Notes: generated by a model from the letters alone, not told the origin. 64,000 nucleotides of DNA from Octopus vulgaris (GCA_951406725.2 OX597814.1:26288001-26352000); one strand, 5' to 3'. Shown: positions 27,439 to 40,984, numbered from the stretch's first letter. Numbers and translations: made by a program.

Positions 27439-28827
27439 TAAATAATAATAATTCTATTATAGGCACAAGACCTGAAATTTTGGGGAAGGGGCTAACCAAT
27501 TACATTGACCCTCAGTATTTGACTGGTATTTATTATCTCAACTCAGAAAGGATGAAAGCCAAAGTAAGTCTCAGCAGAATTTGAACTCAGAATGTAAAGA
27601 CAGATGAAAGACCACTAAACATTTTGTCTTGCATGTTAATGATTCTGCCAGCTAACCACCTTAACAGCAGCAACAACAACAACAACAATAATAATAACAA
27701 TAATAGTAATGGTTTCAAATTTTGACACAAGGCCAACAATTTTGGGGGAGGGAGTAAGTCGCAACCCCTGTACAGAACTGGTATTCATTCTATCTCTCTG
27801 AAAGGATGAAACACAAAATCAATCTCAGCAGAATTTGAACTTGGAACATAAAGACAGACAAAATGCCACTGGGCTAATGGTTCTGCCATCTCACCACCTT
27901 AATAATGATAGCAATAGTAGTTGGTGCACTTGGAACTATCAGTACCCAACTACCAACATGGCTCAAAAAGGTGGGAATGAATGTAAAGATAGAACATCGG
28001 CAAAAATCATTATTGTCTGAAACTGTAACAGTCCTACACAGGGTTTTTGATGCATGATCAATTAGCAGTGTCACCTTAGTCTGCTGGCCATGGACAGCTG
28101 ACATGTTCCATCATACCCAGCAAAATAAAGCTGAGATTTTTCATGATAATAGTAATAATTATTTCTAATTTAGACACAAGGCTAGCAATTTTGAGGGATG
28201 GAGTTTAATCAGTTATACCAACTCCACTAAGTACTTGACAGGTAATTTATATTAACCTTGAAGTGATTTTTGTACATTTGAACTCAGAATATAGAGAGAC
28301 AGAACAAATATCACAAAAATCATTGTAATGATTCTGCCTATTCTCTACCTTGTAGTAATAGTAAAATTAATAATAAACCATTACTGTAACACTATTTAAA
28401 AGGCAAGAAAAATCATTTCTTTACTTTATGCCATTTCATTCCCAATATCGATAAGATACATCTAATAAAAAAAAAATGAAATGTTTAATTTAAATGTTAA
28501 AAAAATAAAACAAAGCAAAAAATAATAGTAATACTAAGAATAATAAAAATGAACAAAAAAAAAATGAGCAGAGCACTTAAAATGTAGTTGATTTAACAGA
28601 CATAAAGAATGTTGAGCAAAGCTGATTATAAATTGATGTTGGAAAGATCAAGCAGAGCCAAACCATAGATTTTTATAGAATAGAGGGGAGAGTGGGATGA
28701 GGAATGGCTTGTGACTTATATATAGTGAAGGATTAAAATGTTTATAAAGTTAGTTATATTGGTTATGTGCCAGACATATAACATGTCATTCAATCTACTG
28801 AATGTTTGAGAATCACCGTCTGTTGGA

Positions 28828-29020
28828 TAATGATGGTAATAATGGTGATGATGAAGAAAACAACGATGACAACAGTGCTGGTTGTGATAATGGTGGTGAT
28901 GATGACGATGAGGATGATGACAATGAGGATGATGATGATGATGATGATGAAGCGGAGGAGAAAGATGATAAGTAGGAGTAGAGTAGAAAAAATTATTATC
29001 AACAATATCATCAACATCAT
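28828..29020. repeat. Imperfect (GAT)n low-complexity tract
   Basis: Seen directly. Confidence 0.9.
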
Positions 29021-30009
29021 TTTAAAATGTGCTTTTGCATCCTGAGATGAATGGTTAGTTGTATTTTTCTGCCATATGGCATATTATCTCATTGGAATGC
29101 TTTATGAATTTGCTTGTCAAACCCAGCAACACGAGAATCTAACCCATGTTTATTACTGGTATTATTTTACCAACTTACCAGGGAGATGGAAAGTTCACTT
29201 CAAGGAAGGTTTCACCCCAAATGATAAGGCTCAAAGAAATATCGCAGCAACAAAGCTTCGAATAACTAAATAGTGATAGTAATACTTAAGTGCTGAGAAT
29301 TTCATTTGGGAGTGTCTTCAGTTCATATTTCATTACCAGTATACAATTTTGACCTTGCTAAAGATACTTGATATTCAACAACTTAGCCTACATTAGCAGT
29401 AACTTAGTTCCCTATAAAAAAGGCAGAGTTCAAAATAAAAAAAAAACCTGGTAGTAAATAAAGTCAGAACTGAAGTGTAAGCATTAGAATACATAGACAC
29501 AAGGCTGCCAAGAGAAATTTTGCAAGATAGAAAACAAAACTGCAAAGTGGGACAAAACCATTTCTATTTTAAGAGAAGCGTCTCCTGCTCACCTCAGGGG
29601 TGCTGTGAGTTTTTTCTTTTTTTTATTATTATTTGAAGGTGGGAAGGACCAAGTTAGATATTCAAGATACCTTCTTTGGCTCACTAATCCCAAAAACTCA
29701 CTAATCCCCAAAACTGAACCTGTCACTGGCCCTGCATAGGAATAGTGACAGGGAATGAATTCCTCAAAGCCTACAAAATGGAACATTCTAAATGCAGTCC
29801 TCAAACAGTTCATTCATGCAAGAGTTGCAATGAATTAACTAAAGATGCAGATTACTCTGCAAAAGTTACTGGAAGTATTACAAGAGTTCTGTTATTCTCC
29901 ACATAGCTTGAAATTAGGAGTGGAATTAGCATCAGCATATTCAAGTCAGTTCCTCCTATGCACTTGAGCACATTGGGCAAAAAATTAATGCCACTGGTTT
30001 CTGTTGAGT

Positions 30010-30325
30010 GTGGTTTACACTTTATCCAGCTGTGTGATATTGGTCTCCCTGATATCAGTTATGAATGTTCTGTTTCATCTAGTTCTTGGTCTTTCTTTTC
30101 TTTTTCTTTCTAGTGATGTCCATTTGAAAACTGTTTTAGAGTGGCATTGTTCTGGTGGCCAGAGTATGTAACCTGCTAGTTTTAATCTTCATCCTTTTAT
30201 GATTTCACTAAGTGGTCTTGTGTTTCTCTCTTCAGAATGTCTTTATTGGTTATGAGGTCTTGCCAGCATGTTCTTAGAATCCTCCTCAAGCATCTTTTTA
30301 AGCTGGATGAAATGGTGTCAACTTT
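30010..30325 (-). mobile_element. Old RTE-like LINE C-terminal remnant
   Basis: Minus translation RCLRRILRTCWQDLITNKDIL...RLKLAGYIL...KRPRT matches the RTE CLRRIL.I.W.D...N / RL.W.GH / GRP pattern. Confidence 0.7.
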
Positions 30326-30918
30326 TTTTCTTTATAAATAATAAAGTATTAGTTTTTCTTCATACATATTACAGAAAATGTAGTATTTCTCAAAGCAGTG
30401 ATGTTGTTGCTGTTTCACCTTGTGTCAACCTGCATAAAGTAGCTATATTAGGAAAAGTATTCAAATCATAATCATTCCTTATTTTTTTCAGACTAGCTAT
30501 CCAATATGAGGTTTGAAGGAAAATTGGTTACTATTACTAACATTACTAAATGACTCCATGTAGAGTCATTTAACCTATAAATTTTAACATATAACATCAT
30601 TGACAGGAAATAATGCTTATATATGTAACTGAAACATAGACTACACAATTATAACTAAAAAAAGCAGTATTTACCAAAAACAGAATTGTGACTGGTCCAA
30701 TGCACCATTAGAGTTTAAGGAACTCTGATGGTTTGGAGGATTGCTTCTTGTTCCATCAACTTAATTTTGGCATGGTATCTACTCCTGGAAGAACTTACTA
30801 ACACCAACCACTTTACTTAGTACCTGGGTACATTTTTCATGACACCAGCACATTATAGGTTGGCTCACAAACATACACACACACATATATGCAGACATAA
30901 ATGCAAATATGCAGATAT

Positions 30919-30983
<65 letters not shown>

Positions 30984-31087
30984 TGCAGACACATGTAAAA
31001 ACACAAGCCAGTTGTAGAAACTATGCCAAAGAAAGCAGTTAACCTTGAAGTTTTTTGATTTGTCAGCTCCTGTAACCATCTAAACCA

Positions 31088-31372
31088 TGGGTAAAGGGTA
31101 AAGACCCCCTTCGGTCATGAATGACCATGGGATTGCACCTAGAAAGTTACCCTCCTAGACACAAGTCTGGGCAAGGTTGTTTATGGAAGACCAGCAGTCG
31201 CCCATGCATACCAGCCTCCCCTCTCCACGCCACCAGTGTTATCCAAGGGAAAGACAAAGGTCGATACAGCTTGGTACCAGTGACGTCGCAACTCATTTCT
31301 ACAGCTGAGTGAACTGGAGCAACGTGAAATAAAGTGCTTTGCTCAAGAACACAACACGCAGCCCGGTCCGGG
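31088..31372 (-). mobile_element. CORE-like SINE family B, 5'-truncated, inserted into a plus-strand RTE tail (~31005-31405)
   Basis: Reverse complement of 27170-27438. The flanks ...ACCATCTAAACCATG and ATGGAAAACAGATGTTAAAT(GAT)n reconstitute the RTE tail. Confidence 0.85.
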
Positions 31373-31414
31373 AATGGAAAACAGATGTTAAATGATGATG
31401 ATGATATATATAAT

Positions 31415-31796
31415 CGTCGCATTCTGTCAGTTATGACGGCGAAAGTTCCAGTTGATCTGATCAATGGAACAGCCTGCTTATGAACTTAACATGCAAGTGG
31501 TTGAGCACTCCACAGACACATGTACCCTTAATGTAGTTCTGGGGGAGATTCAGCTGGACACAAGGTGTGACAAGGCTGGCCCTTTGAAATACAGGTACAA
31601 CAGAAGCAGGAAGAAAGAGTGAGAGAAAGTTATGATGAAAGAGTACAGCAGGGTTCACTACCAACCTCTGCCAGAGTCTCATGGAGCTTTAGGTGTTTTC
31701 ACTCAATAAACACTCACAACACCCAGTCTGGGAATCGAAACTGTGGTCCTATGACCACGAGTTCACTGCCCTAACCACTAGGCCATTGCACCTCCA
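31415..31796 (-). mobile_element. tRNA-derived SINE, family C
   Basis: Minus head GGAGGTGCAATGGCCTAGTGGTTAGGGC...GTTTCGATTCCC carries A and B boxes; the body differs from families A and B. Confidence 0.75.
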
Positions 31797-32149
31797 TGAT
31801 ATATAACATGTATGTTTATATGTGTGCATATATATATATGTATATATCTATATCTATATATATATATATATAAAGTTATTTATCCACACACATACATATA
31901 CTTACAGTATATATACAATATATGGCCATGGACAAGAGGAAATATTTATATACTCTCACTTATACTAAGGTTTGAAACAGACCTGAGCAGGTATTGAATG
32001 TAAAGCAGTGTTTATACACACACCTATAATAATAAGTGCCAAAACAAATTTCTGTGTGTCAGTATGTCACATTTTGACCCCCTCCCCTCTTACTATGCAG
32101 TGACACTCCTACTATTCCTCATGATGGAGTGAGAGTAACAATAGGCATA

Positions 32150-32415
32150 GAGATGGTGAGGGTGGTAGTAGATTCCCGTTTGTGATGGTAATGGTGTTAG
32201 TAATAGTATGAGCTGTAGTTGTGATAGAGGTGGTGGTGGTAGTGGTGGTGGTGGCGACATCTGAGGCAGGCAGGGATGATGGTGGTAGTAAGCAATGTGA
32301 AAGACTGTGGTGATGGTAGTGGAAGGGAAGGTGGCAAAGTCAAAGGTATTGATGGTGGTGGTGTCAAAAGTTTGAATGACGTGTGTATGGCAGTTGTGGT
32401 GGTGATGGTGATGGT
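32150..32415. repeat. (GGT)/(GAT)-rich low-complexity tract
   Basis: Seen directly. Confidence 0.85.
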
Positions 32416-35400
32416 TGAAAACAATCAACAGAAAGTGAGAGAGAGAAAGAAAGAGGTTAGACAGGGAAAAAATTGTAATGAACCCTGAATAGGAAGACAA
32501 AAAAATGTTGCTTACCATGCAGCTTTGCAATAAGTTCCAAGTCAACAAATTATATCATTTTGAAAAAATTGTTCATTGCTTGAAAAATATTGGTCAAGTT
32601 ATATAAAATTTGATATATACACACACACACACAAGAGATGTATGTGTGTGTGTGTGTTTGGAAGCAAGCAAATATTTGTATACTCCCATCTGTTCCAAGG
32701 CTTGAAGCAGACCTGAGCACATATTGGATGTAAAGTGGGGTTAAATACATTGTTACCTTCTCATATATCTAGCACACACACACAATCAAACAACGTGTGC
32801 ATTCACACAAAACATGTACACAAGTATGAACATGCACAGACAACTATGCATTCACATTCATAGAAAGTATTTATATTCCACACATCCATAGAAACAAGCA
32901 TATTTTCACACATAAGCACATGGACCTCACATTCATATGTGTGCATGCAAAACATGGGTTTAACTTTCACACACATAAGAGAATAGTTCCAAGGAAATGA
33001 CACACACACATTGCCAATTTAAACATTCAGCCACTTTTACATGTTCACTCATATCCACACAACCAAGCACATTCCATCTATTATCCTTTTGCATTTAATC
33101 TTTAATTGCTTAAAAATCATTGTTGCCTATCTCTATGTCCCTTCCAAAGATAGTGCTGGATTATACATATATGAAGCTTTGCAGCCCTTAGTTGTTTGGG
33201 TGTTGTTTGTGTCTTTCCTTTTCCTGTCTATTGTTTTTCCCTTGTTCCCTTTCATAGGAAGAACTTTAGACTGATATGTTCAAGACATTTATGTTCTATT
33301 CTCTTCAACTGTTAAACTGAGATCATTGTTACTGTATTTTATTGTCACCATTTCTTTCTTTTTTTTTTCTTTTTATTGACTCTTTATTACATAAACCATG
33401 CTTGCATTAACATCCTCTTCATTTCACCCTTGGAAACTAATGAAGAATTTAGCAATCCAGAATGCACTGGATATTTTTAATACACACACACACACATACT
33501 ATCATCCTCAGAGTTTTAGCATCCATTTTTACCTGTTTATATAGATCAGAGTTTAAAGCAGATTTTCTATGGATGCTTACCCTTCCTGTCACCGGCCCTT
33601 ACCTATTTCCAAATAAGATAATATTTCCCCTTGGCCAGACATATTTATGCAGAATACTGGAAATGATGGCACACACACACACACACACACACACAAATAG
33701 GCTTCATTTAGTTTCCATCTACCAAATCCATTTGACAAGACTTTATTGGCCTGGGTCTGTAGAAGAAGACACTTGACCAAAGTGCAATACAGTGAGACTG
33801 AACCCATAAGCATATGGTTGAGAAGCTACATCTATATCAAATCATTTTTATGTCTGTTTTCTTCTTTTCCATGCGATCATCGGTTGGATTAGTTTCCTTC
33901 GGTGAAGCATCTCATCATTTAATGCACTCCTTTGCCATCTTCTTCATATGATCAGCCTCTTCAAATCAACTCTTCACTTATTTTTTTACCTTCCTCAGCC
34001 TTCCATATATATTTTATTAAGCAAAGCTAAACATACTTATACTAGGAGAACATATATGAAAGAGTATAAAAATACACCAGCACCCAGTGAGAAGAATTTC
34101 ATCTCATCCAGTTAACCTTTTTGTTACCATATTTCTGTTGAAATGTATTAGTTTTGTCCACATTAACTTTGAAAATAATGAAGAATTTAGCAAACTTTAT
34201 AACTATCATGACTGTTCCTACACAGCCATTGTTCAAAATTTTGTGCATGTTTTCAAACCTTGAATATATGCAGTTGGAGTAACTTGTAATTGCTGATCTC
34301 TTTTAAAATTAATTACATTTTGTGAAACTGTTACTTATACTATGTTGAAAAAGGTATCACCAGTCCATTGAATCAAGTCATTGTAAAAAATTGATTTTTA
34401 GCTTATTTTCTTATCAACAATAGATTAGTGGCCATTGAAACAGAGTATTAGTAGGCGGAGAGGTATGAGTTCCAGTTTCACTGGTTTGTCTGTATCCCTG
34501 GCTGTTCATTTCTCTCTCTTTCTCTGTCTACCTGCCTCTCTCTGTCCCTATCTATCTATCTTTCTAATCTGTCTATACATGCATGCATACATACATACAT
34601 ACATGCATGTGTTGTATGCAGGTATCAATGTATATGCATGTATGCATGCCTGTCCATGTAAAATGTGTGTGTTTGCAAGTATGTGTGCACATGCAATCGT
34701 ACATACTTACAAACAAGGTTCTATCATAAATAGCGTAATCAGAGACCATGGTCTTTCAAATGTGTCAGGTTCAATCCTTGCTTAAAGCAAAATATATACT
34801 TACCTGATCTCTTAGAGGAAATAGGATATACTCCATCAAGGCTGAGATTTGTTGCCTAAAGACCTTGGCTATAGTAAAAACATCTAGAATGTCTTTCATA
34901 TGCAAGGAATCTTTGTGTTGTTGTAATTACTTTTCAGGTAGATTCAGACATCAATGACAGAAATGTCTGGCATTAAGTTTCTTTCTCTTGTAAAGATATT
35001 TCCTATTCCTTCGTGATTATTACTCTCATTGCACTTACATAGATCCCTTTGGTGTTCATGACTCATATCAATACACAAGCACACACTTAAACACTCACTC
35101 AAAGACAGATGCACACACACACACACACACAGGTATACAGGCACAACTATACATACACAAAAGCATATATGAATGTGTGTGTGTGTGTGTGTGTGCAAAG
35201 GACATTATTAAAATGTTTGAATTTACAAAGGTACAAAAGAAAAATGTGTGATTACATGTCAGCAACGATGCTTGCAAGTATATTAGAGATTTAAGTTCTC
35301 ATATATATAAGATGGATAGAGAGATGAGTTGGTGGAGAGTAATATATATGGTTATTTCTATATATTGATATATATATATGCACACACACACATGCATTAA

Positions 35401-35601
35401 TATATATGAACATGTACACACATTAATATATGCATATATTAAGATACATATGTATTAGTCATATTAATTGATATAGTACTGTATATATAATAATACATGT
35501 ATGTACATATGCATATATATATGCATCCATATATGTATACATGTATATAACCATATATATATGGATGTGTATACATGCATATACATATTTACATATGTGT
35601 G

Positions 35602-35636
<35 letters not shown>

Positions 35637-35838
35637 AAAAATGGGACAAGAACACAAAACATCCAGACAGTTAAGTGAAACAAAAAAAGGAAAACAAAAT
35701 ATCCAGCCAGACAATACAAGGAAAACAAGAATGGATCATTCGGAGTTTTCTATCCTCAGTTGAGTTCCAGATTATCTTTGCAATTTCAGCTGGTTATATG
35801 ACATTTAAAAGCACCTTCTACACACTTGGACTGGTGGG

Positions 35839-35885
<47 letters not shown>

Positions 35886-36767
35886 CATATACATATACAC
35901 AGATACATGCATACATATATATATATATATATGAACATATACATACATATACACAGATATATGCATACATATATATATATATATATATATATAGTTAATG
36001 ATACACTTTTTGAGAGATAAGTAAACTTTTTTATTTAAGAAATTTTATTGTACTCTATATAAGTATTGATTGTTGAATATGAATTTATAATTTTTTATTT
36101 GTTAATGATAATTTAGATATTTTCATTTATTTAATTATTATTATTTTATAATTATTATATCTGAACGTAAATTTTAAGATATTAGTTAGTCACTTTGCGA
36201 TCTAGATTGTAAAAATGTTTTAATTTAACTATAAGTTTCTTATTATATTTCTAGTTATTTTATATTTCTAGTACTATTACATTTAATAATAATAGTAATA
36301 ATAAGTATTTTATAAAGATAGGTTATACGTTTTTAATTTGGAATTTTTCAATTCTTAATTTGTATTTCATAAATATTTTCTAAAGATATCTATAATAGTT
36401 ATGTAAGTAATAATGGACTAATTTATTTGTTGTTTATATGTTTATTGATAGAAAAAATATAGATTTTTAATTACTATATTTGTTGATTATAATTTAGATA
36501 CTTATTTTTATGCATTTATTATTTTATGATTATTATATGCAAACTAAAATCTAAAAGTATTAAGAGTGATTGTTTTATTAAATAGTTTGGTAATTAAATA
36601 TTAGACTATAACTAGGTTAAAGATATTCTATAGTTTATTAATGTTTTTTAAGCTAAATTATATCTTCACAGATAAATACATTTTTCTACTTACTCTATTT
36701 TTTTACCTTAAATATTTAACATATATCTGTGTATATGTATGTATATGTTCATTCATACATATATATA

Positions 36768-36814
<47 letters not shown>

Positions 36815-36815
36815 G

Positions 36816-36962
36816 TGCCGAGGTCGACTTTGCCTTTCATCTTTTCGGGGTCAATAAATTAAGTACCAGTTACGCACTGGGGTCGATGGAATTGACTTAA
36901 TCCCTTTGTCTGTCCTTGTTTGTCCCCTCTGTGTTTAGCCCCTTGTGGGTAGTAAAGAAATA
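36816..36962 (+). mobile_element. 5'-truncated Meta-domain SINE (well preserved)
   Basis: GCCGAGGTCGACTTTGCCTTTCATCTTTTCGGGGTCAATAAATTAAGTACCAG. Near-identical reverse copy at 57153-57260. Confidence 0.8.
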
Positions 36963-37004
36963 TATATCTGTGTATATGTACATTCATACATATATATATA
37001 TAGT

Positions 37005-37696
37005 CCACCACTCCAAGTGTGTAGAAGGTGCCTTTTACATGTCATCAACATGGGTGCTTTTACATGTCACTGGCACGGGTGTTTTTACATGTCACCAGCA
37101 TGGCTGCTTTTACATGTCACCAGTGCTTTTTCATGTTACTGGCACTAGTGAGGTTACTATGTAATAAAGAAGACAGAAAAGAACAGGGGAAAAAAAGGAG
37201 AAAGAGCTCACAATAAAAGAGAAAGTATTTGGGAGGTGTGGAATGTGGAGAGGTGTAAAGTATTAGAGAGCAACAAGTACAGTTATCTTTCTACAGAGGA
37301 GATATATGACTGAAGAAAGTAAAGGAATGTAGTGATGGGTTGCTAAAGCACACTCTCAAGGAACAAGAAGGTGAGCATAAGAGAGGATATGGATAGTAGA
37401 GACGATGAGAGAGAGGATGCTTTCATAGGAGTGTTAGGAAGAATAAGTTGGTGGAGGTAGAGGTTAATGTAGTGAGAAATGAACAAGGGTGGGAATGCAG
37501 ATGAAGGGAAATATCGGTGTGTAGAGGGTAAGGTGAAAAATATAGGTGAAGCTCAGAAAGGAGAACAGAAAATAGTGGGATGATGTGCAAGATGTATGAG
37601 CAGTGGATGCAAAGGGATATGTGGGTGGGGTGGAGTCATGATGGTAGGCATTGAGAATGAAAGCAGATAACAGAAGTCTTTAGAATGGACTACAAT

Positions 37697-37747
<51 letters not shown>

Positions 37748-37780
37748 AGTGGCTGAAGGTGCAGAAGAAGGTGATTGGTA
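37005..37780 (-). mobile_element. RTE-type 3' UTR remnant with ~24-bp repeats and purine-rich tract ending in (GA)n
   Basis: Five TTTTACATGTCAC-type units at 37030-37145, then a purine-rich stretch comparable to 1250-1950 and 63040-63540. Confidence 0.6.
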
Positions 37781-38332
37781 GTGTGAGTAAGAATGTATAT
37801 ATATATGTACATGCAAAGGAATGTATAGATATGTATGTGTAAATACGTGTGTGTGTATGTGTGTGTGTGTGTGTATATACATATATGTGTGTGTGTGTGT
37901 GTGCACACACACATATATTATACACACACAGATTCACACACTCATACGTACATTTATACAGTAAGAAATGTGTACGTAGTCCAGTTTATTTGATATATAA
38001 GTGACTGAGTGTACAATACATCCTTCAGTCCAAACTAGAATTAACACTCAGCAGTCGCTGAACTGATAAGTACATTGTTAAATGAAGCCTTATGCTTATG
38101 AACATGACATGCTCTGACACGGGACTAAAACTTCAACCCTATGATCATGAGTCTAACACCTTAAACACTAGTACATATGACTCTTTTTACCATATATACA
38201 TGTGTTTGTATGTGTGTGAGCATCATCATTATTTTACATTTATTTTTCTATTTTCCATGCTGGTATAGGTAGGACAGTTTGATGTTCGCCATCCTCCAGT
38301 GTCTCATATTAGGGAGAGAGTTGAAAAAGTGA

Positions 38333-38955
38333 GAGCTGAATCTATAACAGAAGGAAAGAAGAAATTCTAGGCACAGAAGCTTCACATAGAATTAACCCTT
38401 TAGCATTTAAACCAGCCATATCAAACCCAAATTTATTATCTGTTTTTCATCCAAACTTGCCCAATCTGGCCTCTCACACCTACCCTCCAATGTCATTCTA
38501 AAAATAAGTAATCACATAATCAAAATCTTGAAGCTACTAGATAATACAGGATTAATTCAGAGCAATGTGAGTAAATAAGCATTATATTTGACAGAGCAAT
38601 TTGAATGCTAAAGGGTTAAGAGACTTCAGATTAAACTTTGCCAAGACTAATGTTATAGTAAATAAGAAAGAAGAGAGGACTCCAATATCTTTAGGGAAAT
38701 GGCCTGGCTCAGTATGAAGGAAAGGAGTATGCTATACCCAGTGTAAACTATGGACCCAAGAGGTATAGCAAAATCACTGACAGGTTAACAGAGGAAGTAA
38801 ACATTGTATGTAGCAGATGCCTTGGAGCCATAAATACTGTGAGACACTGGAAATAGATTTTCTTAAATGCCTGGATAGCTCACTAGAAAGTAGTCAATAC
38901 TTCCTGTTACATACGTGACATAATTAGCATGAGATTTGGTTGTTCAGAAAGGGTA
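38333..38955 (+). mobile_element. RTE RT fragment interrupted by a MITE
   Basis: With the MITE removed it reads AESITEGKKKF...LNFAKTNVIVNKK...GKWP...RKGV...TQCKLW, collinear with ORF 2686-3084. Confidence 0.8.
38396..38615. mobile_element. piggyBac-type MITE, copy 2
   Basis: TTAA (38392-38395) + CCCTTTAGCATT ... AATGCTAAAGGG + TTAA (38616-38619); perfect 12-bp TIR. Confidence 0.9.
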
Positions 38956-39167
38956 AATAATAATTTACTAACTCTTGTGGATATTATAATGCTGCTTCTC
39001 TTCAAACATGAATGCCAAGATAAAATACCATATATTGAAAAAACTACTATCACACTGCTAACATAAATATAAATAGGAAGTATTTTGATGTTTCTTGATT
39101 AGAGTTGCAACTATTAAGTTAAATAGGGTCAATGTCCTTTAAATTTTTCCATTAATATTAATGTGCT

Positions 39168-39208
<41 letters not shown>

Positions 39209-40984
39209 AACTAGATAAGGCACTCAAATTTTTCAAAATCAGCTTTAAGAAAATAAGCATCTTGACATAAGACTAAATGTACCTTTAAAATTTCAAAAGT
39301 ATGTTTGCATATACTAAATTAGCAAAATAATTTATAAATGTGTCAACATAAATAAGACTGAGTTTGAACCTCCTTAGAAGACATGTATTAAGTTTTATGG
39401 CAATTAAGAACATGAATGCATACTTAGAGTCTTGGGTGTAAAGAATATGTAAAGCTAATACCAGTAATTTGAACTATAGCTATTATATTCTCATTCACGT
39501 ACTCTGTTTATTTTCATTTATTTTTTATGTATTTTTGTTTGTATATACTAGTGTGTGTGTATTAATGGAGTATATGCATGCCCGTAAATACATGTCTGCA
39601 TTTTTCTCTTATAATTACTCATGTAATTAATACCCATGACTGGCTGTAAGAACAGATGTGGTTATGTAGATGTGTGTACAAGAAAAACTGGTTAATTTTT
39701 CGATCTAAACATGAAAGTAGAATGTAAGTTCCTATAATAATGGAGAAATATGTGTGTACTGTGTATGACAACAATGGTGAATAGTGCACACATAGAATTG
39801 TCAGTAATACTCTATTTATCTCATAAATAATAAGTTTAATTATATACCCTCAATAATTCACTTTTTCAAAATGGCTAAAGATTTACTTCTGGAAGAAACA
39901 TAATACATAACACATTTAAATAGTTTATATTGTTCCTGACTTATGAACATTAAGTACATAGATACTGACCCAACAGAAGAACTGTCAAATGAATTACTTA
40001 TGGATTATGCAGGCATGATTATCATAAAATAAAAAATACAGAATATCAATAAATTATTATGAAAAGTCAATATCTGTGAGTTCCTTATAAAATTCAGTTC
40101 AAAATTGAAATTTAACACATAAAAAACACACGCACTAACTGAAATCATTGACTTAAAATTACATTTCTATTCATTAAATTAATTAATATTATAAAATTGT
40201 GAAATAAAAAGTGATCCTCAGCTATGATTAAGCAATTAAAAGTTTCACAGTCTAGTCTTACAATTAAGGGTCACAGAATAAAATAACATACAACTTTTTA
40301 TCTTTACATTACTATCATGTCAGTTCTACTTTTTCCTTCCGTCTCATAATTAACTAATTTAAAACAACCTAAAACAGAATAATAAATGAATGTAACTAAT
40401 TAATAACATTAACATTATATAATATTATATTTCATTACATAATGGCATATATCAAAACTCCCAAAAGGTATTACATAATCTTTAGACTATTAAAAACAAA
40501 ACTCCAATTATCAATAAAAACAATTGTAGTGTACAATTTTAAAAATATATTCACATTCCAATACTTTTATCAAAGTCTTGTGTCTCAGATAGAGGACAAT
40601 TAAAACACAGAGTATAAATATTCCTAAATAAAAATATATTTTTAAATCCTACAAAAAGCATTTACATATTTTTAAAAATTTTATAATTATAAATTTGACA
40701 CTACTAACATAACTACTGTTTTGTACAATGAATTGTCATAACATCCCTTTGTTAAGCAACTAAAATTTATTCCATCAACTCCATCCTCTATCATTAAACT
40801 TCTTAAAATTACTAAATCATCCCGATTGCCTATTATTTCCCTGAAAATTCATATGAGAGAAAAAGTGCATATGTTTGTAGCAACAAATCTATACAAAATT
40901 ATTAAACCTTTTCATTGTAGTGTTGAGGTCTGTCATTTAGTGTGATGATTTATCTTTGTTTTGCCAGTATAATCTAGAGTTGAT

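Larger units (their letters stand above)
26040..28350 (-). mobile_element. Head-to-tail cluster of about six Meta-domain-like SINEs
   Basis: Repeated GACCCCAG..CTGGTACTTATTT..GAAAGGATGAAAGGCAAAGTC..GGAATTTGAACTCAG units at ~26130, 26500, 26715, 27460, 27722 and 28172, separated by (AAT)n. Confidence 0.8.

Noticed and set aside
35993-36720. Mitochondrial 12S/16S rRNA NUMT
   Set aside because: Composition is suggestive, but no conserved rRNA motifs occur in the right order. Kept only as an unexplained island.
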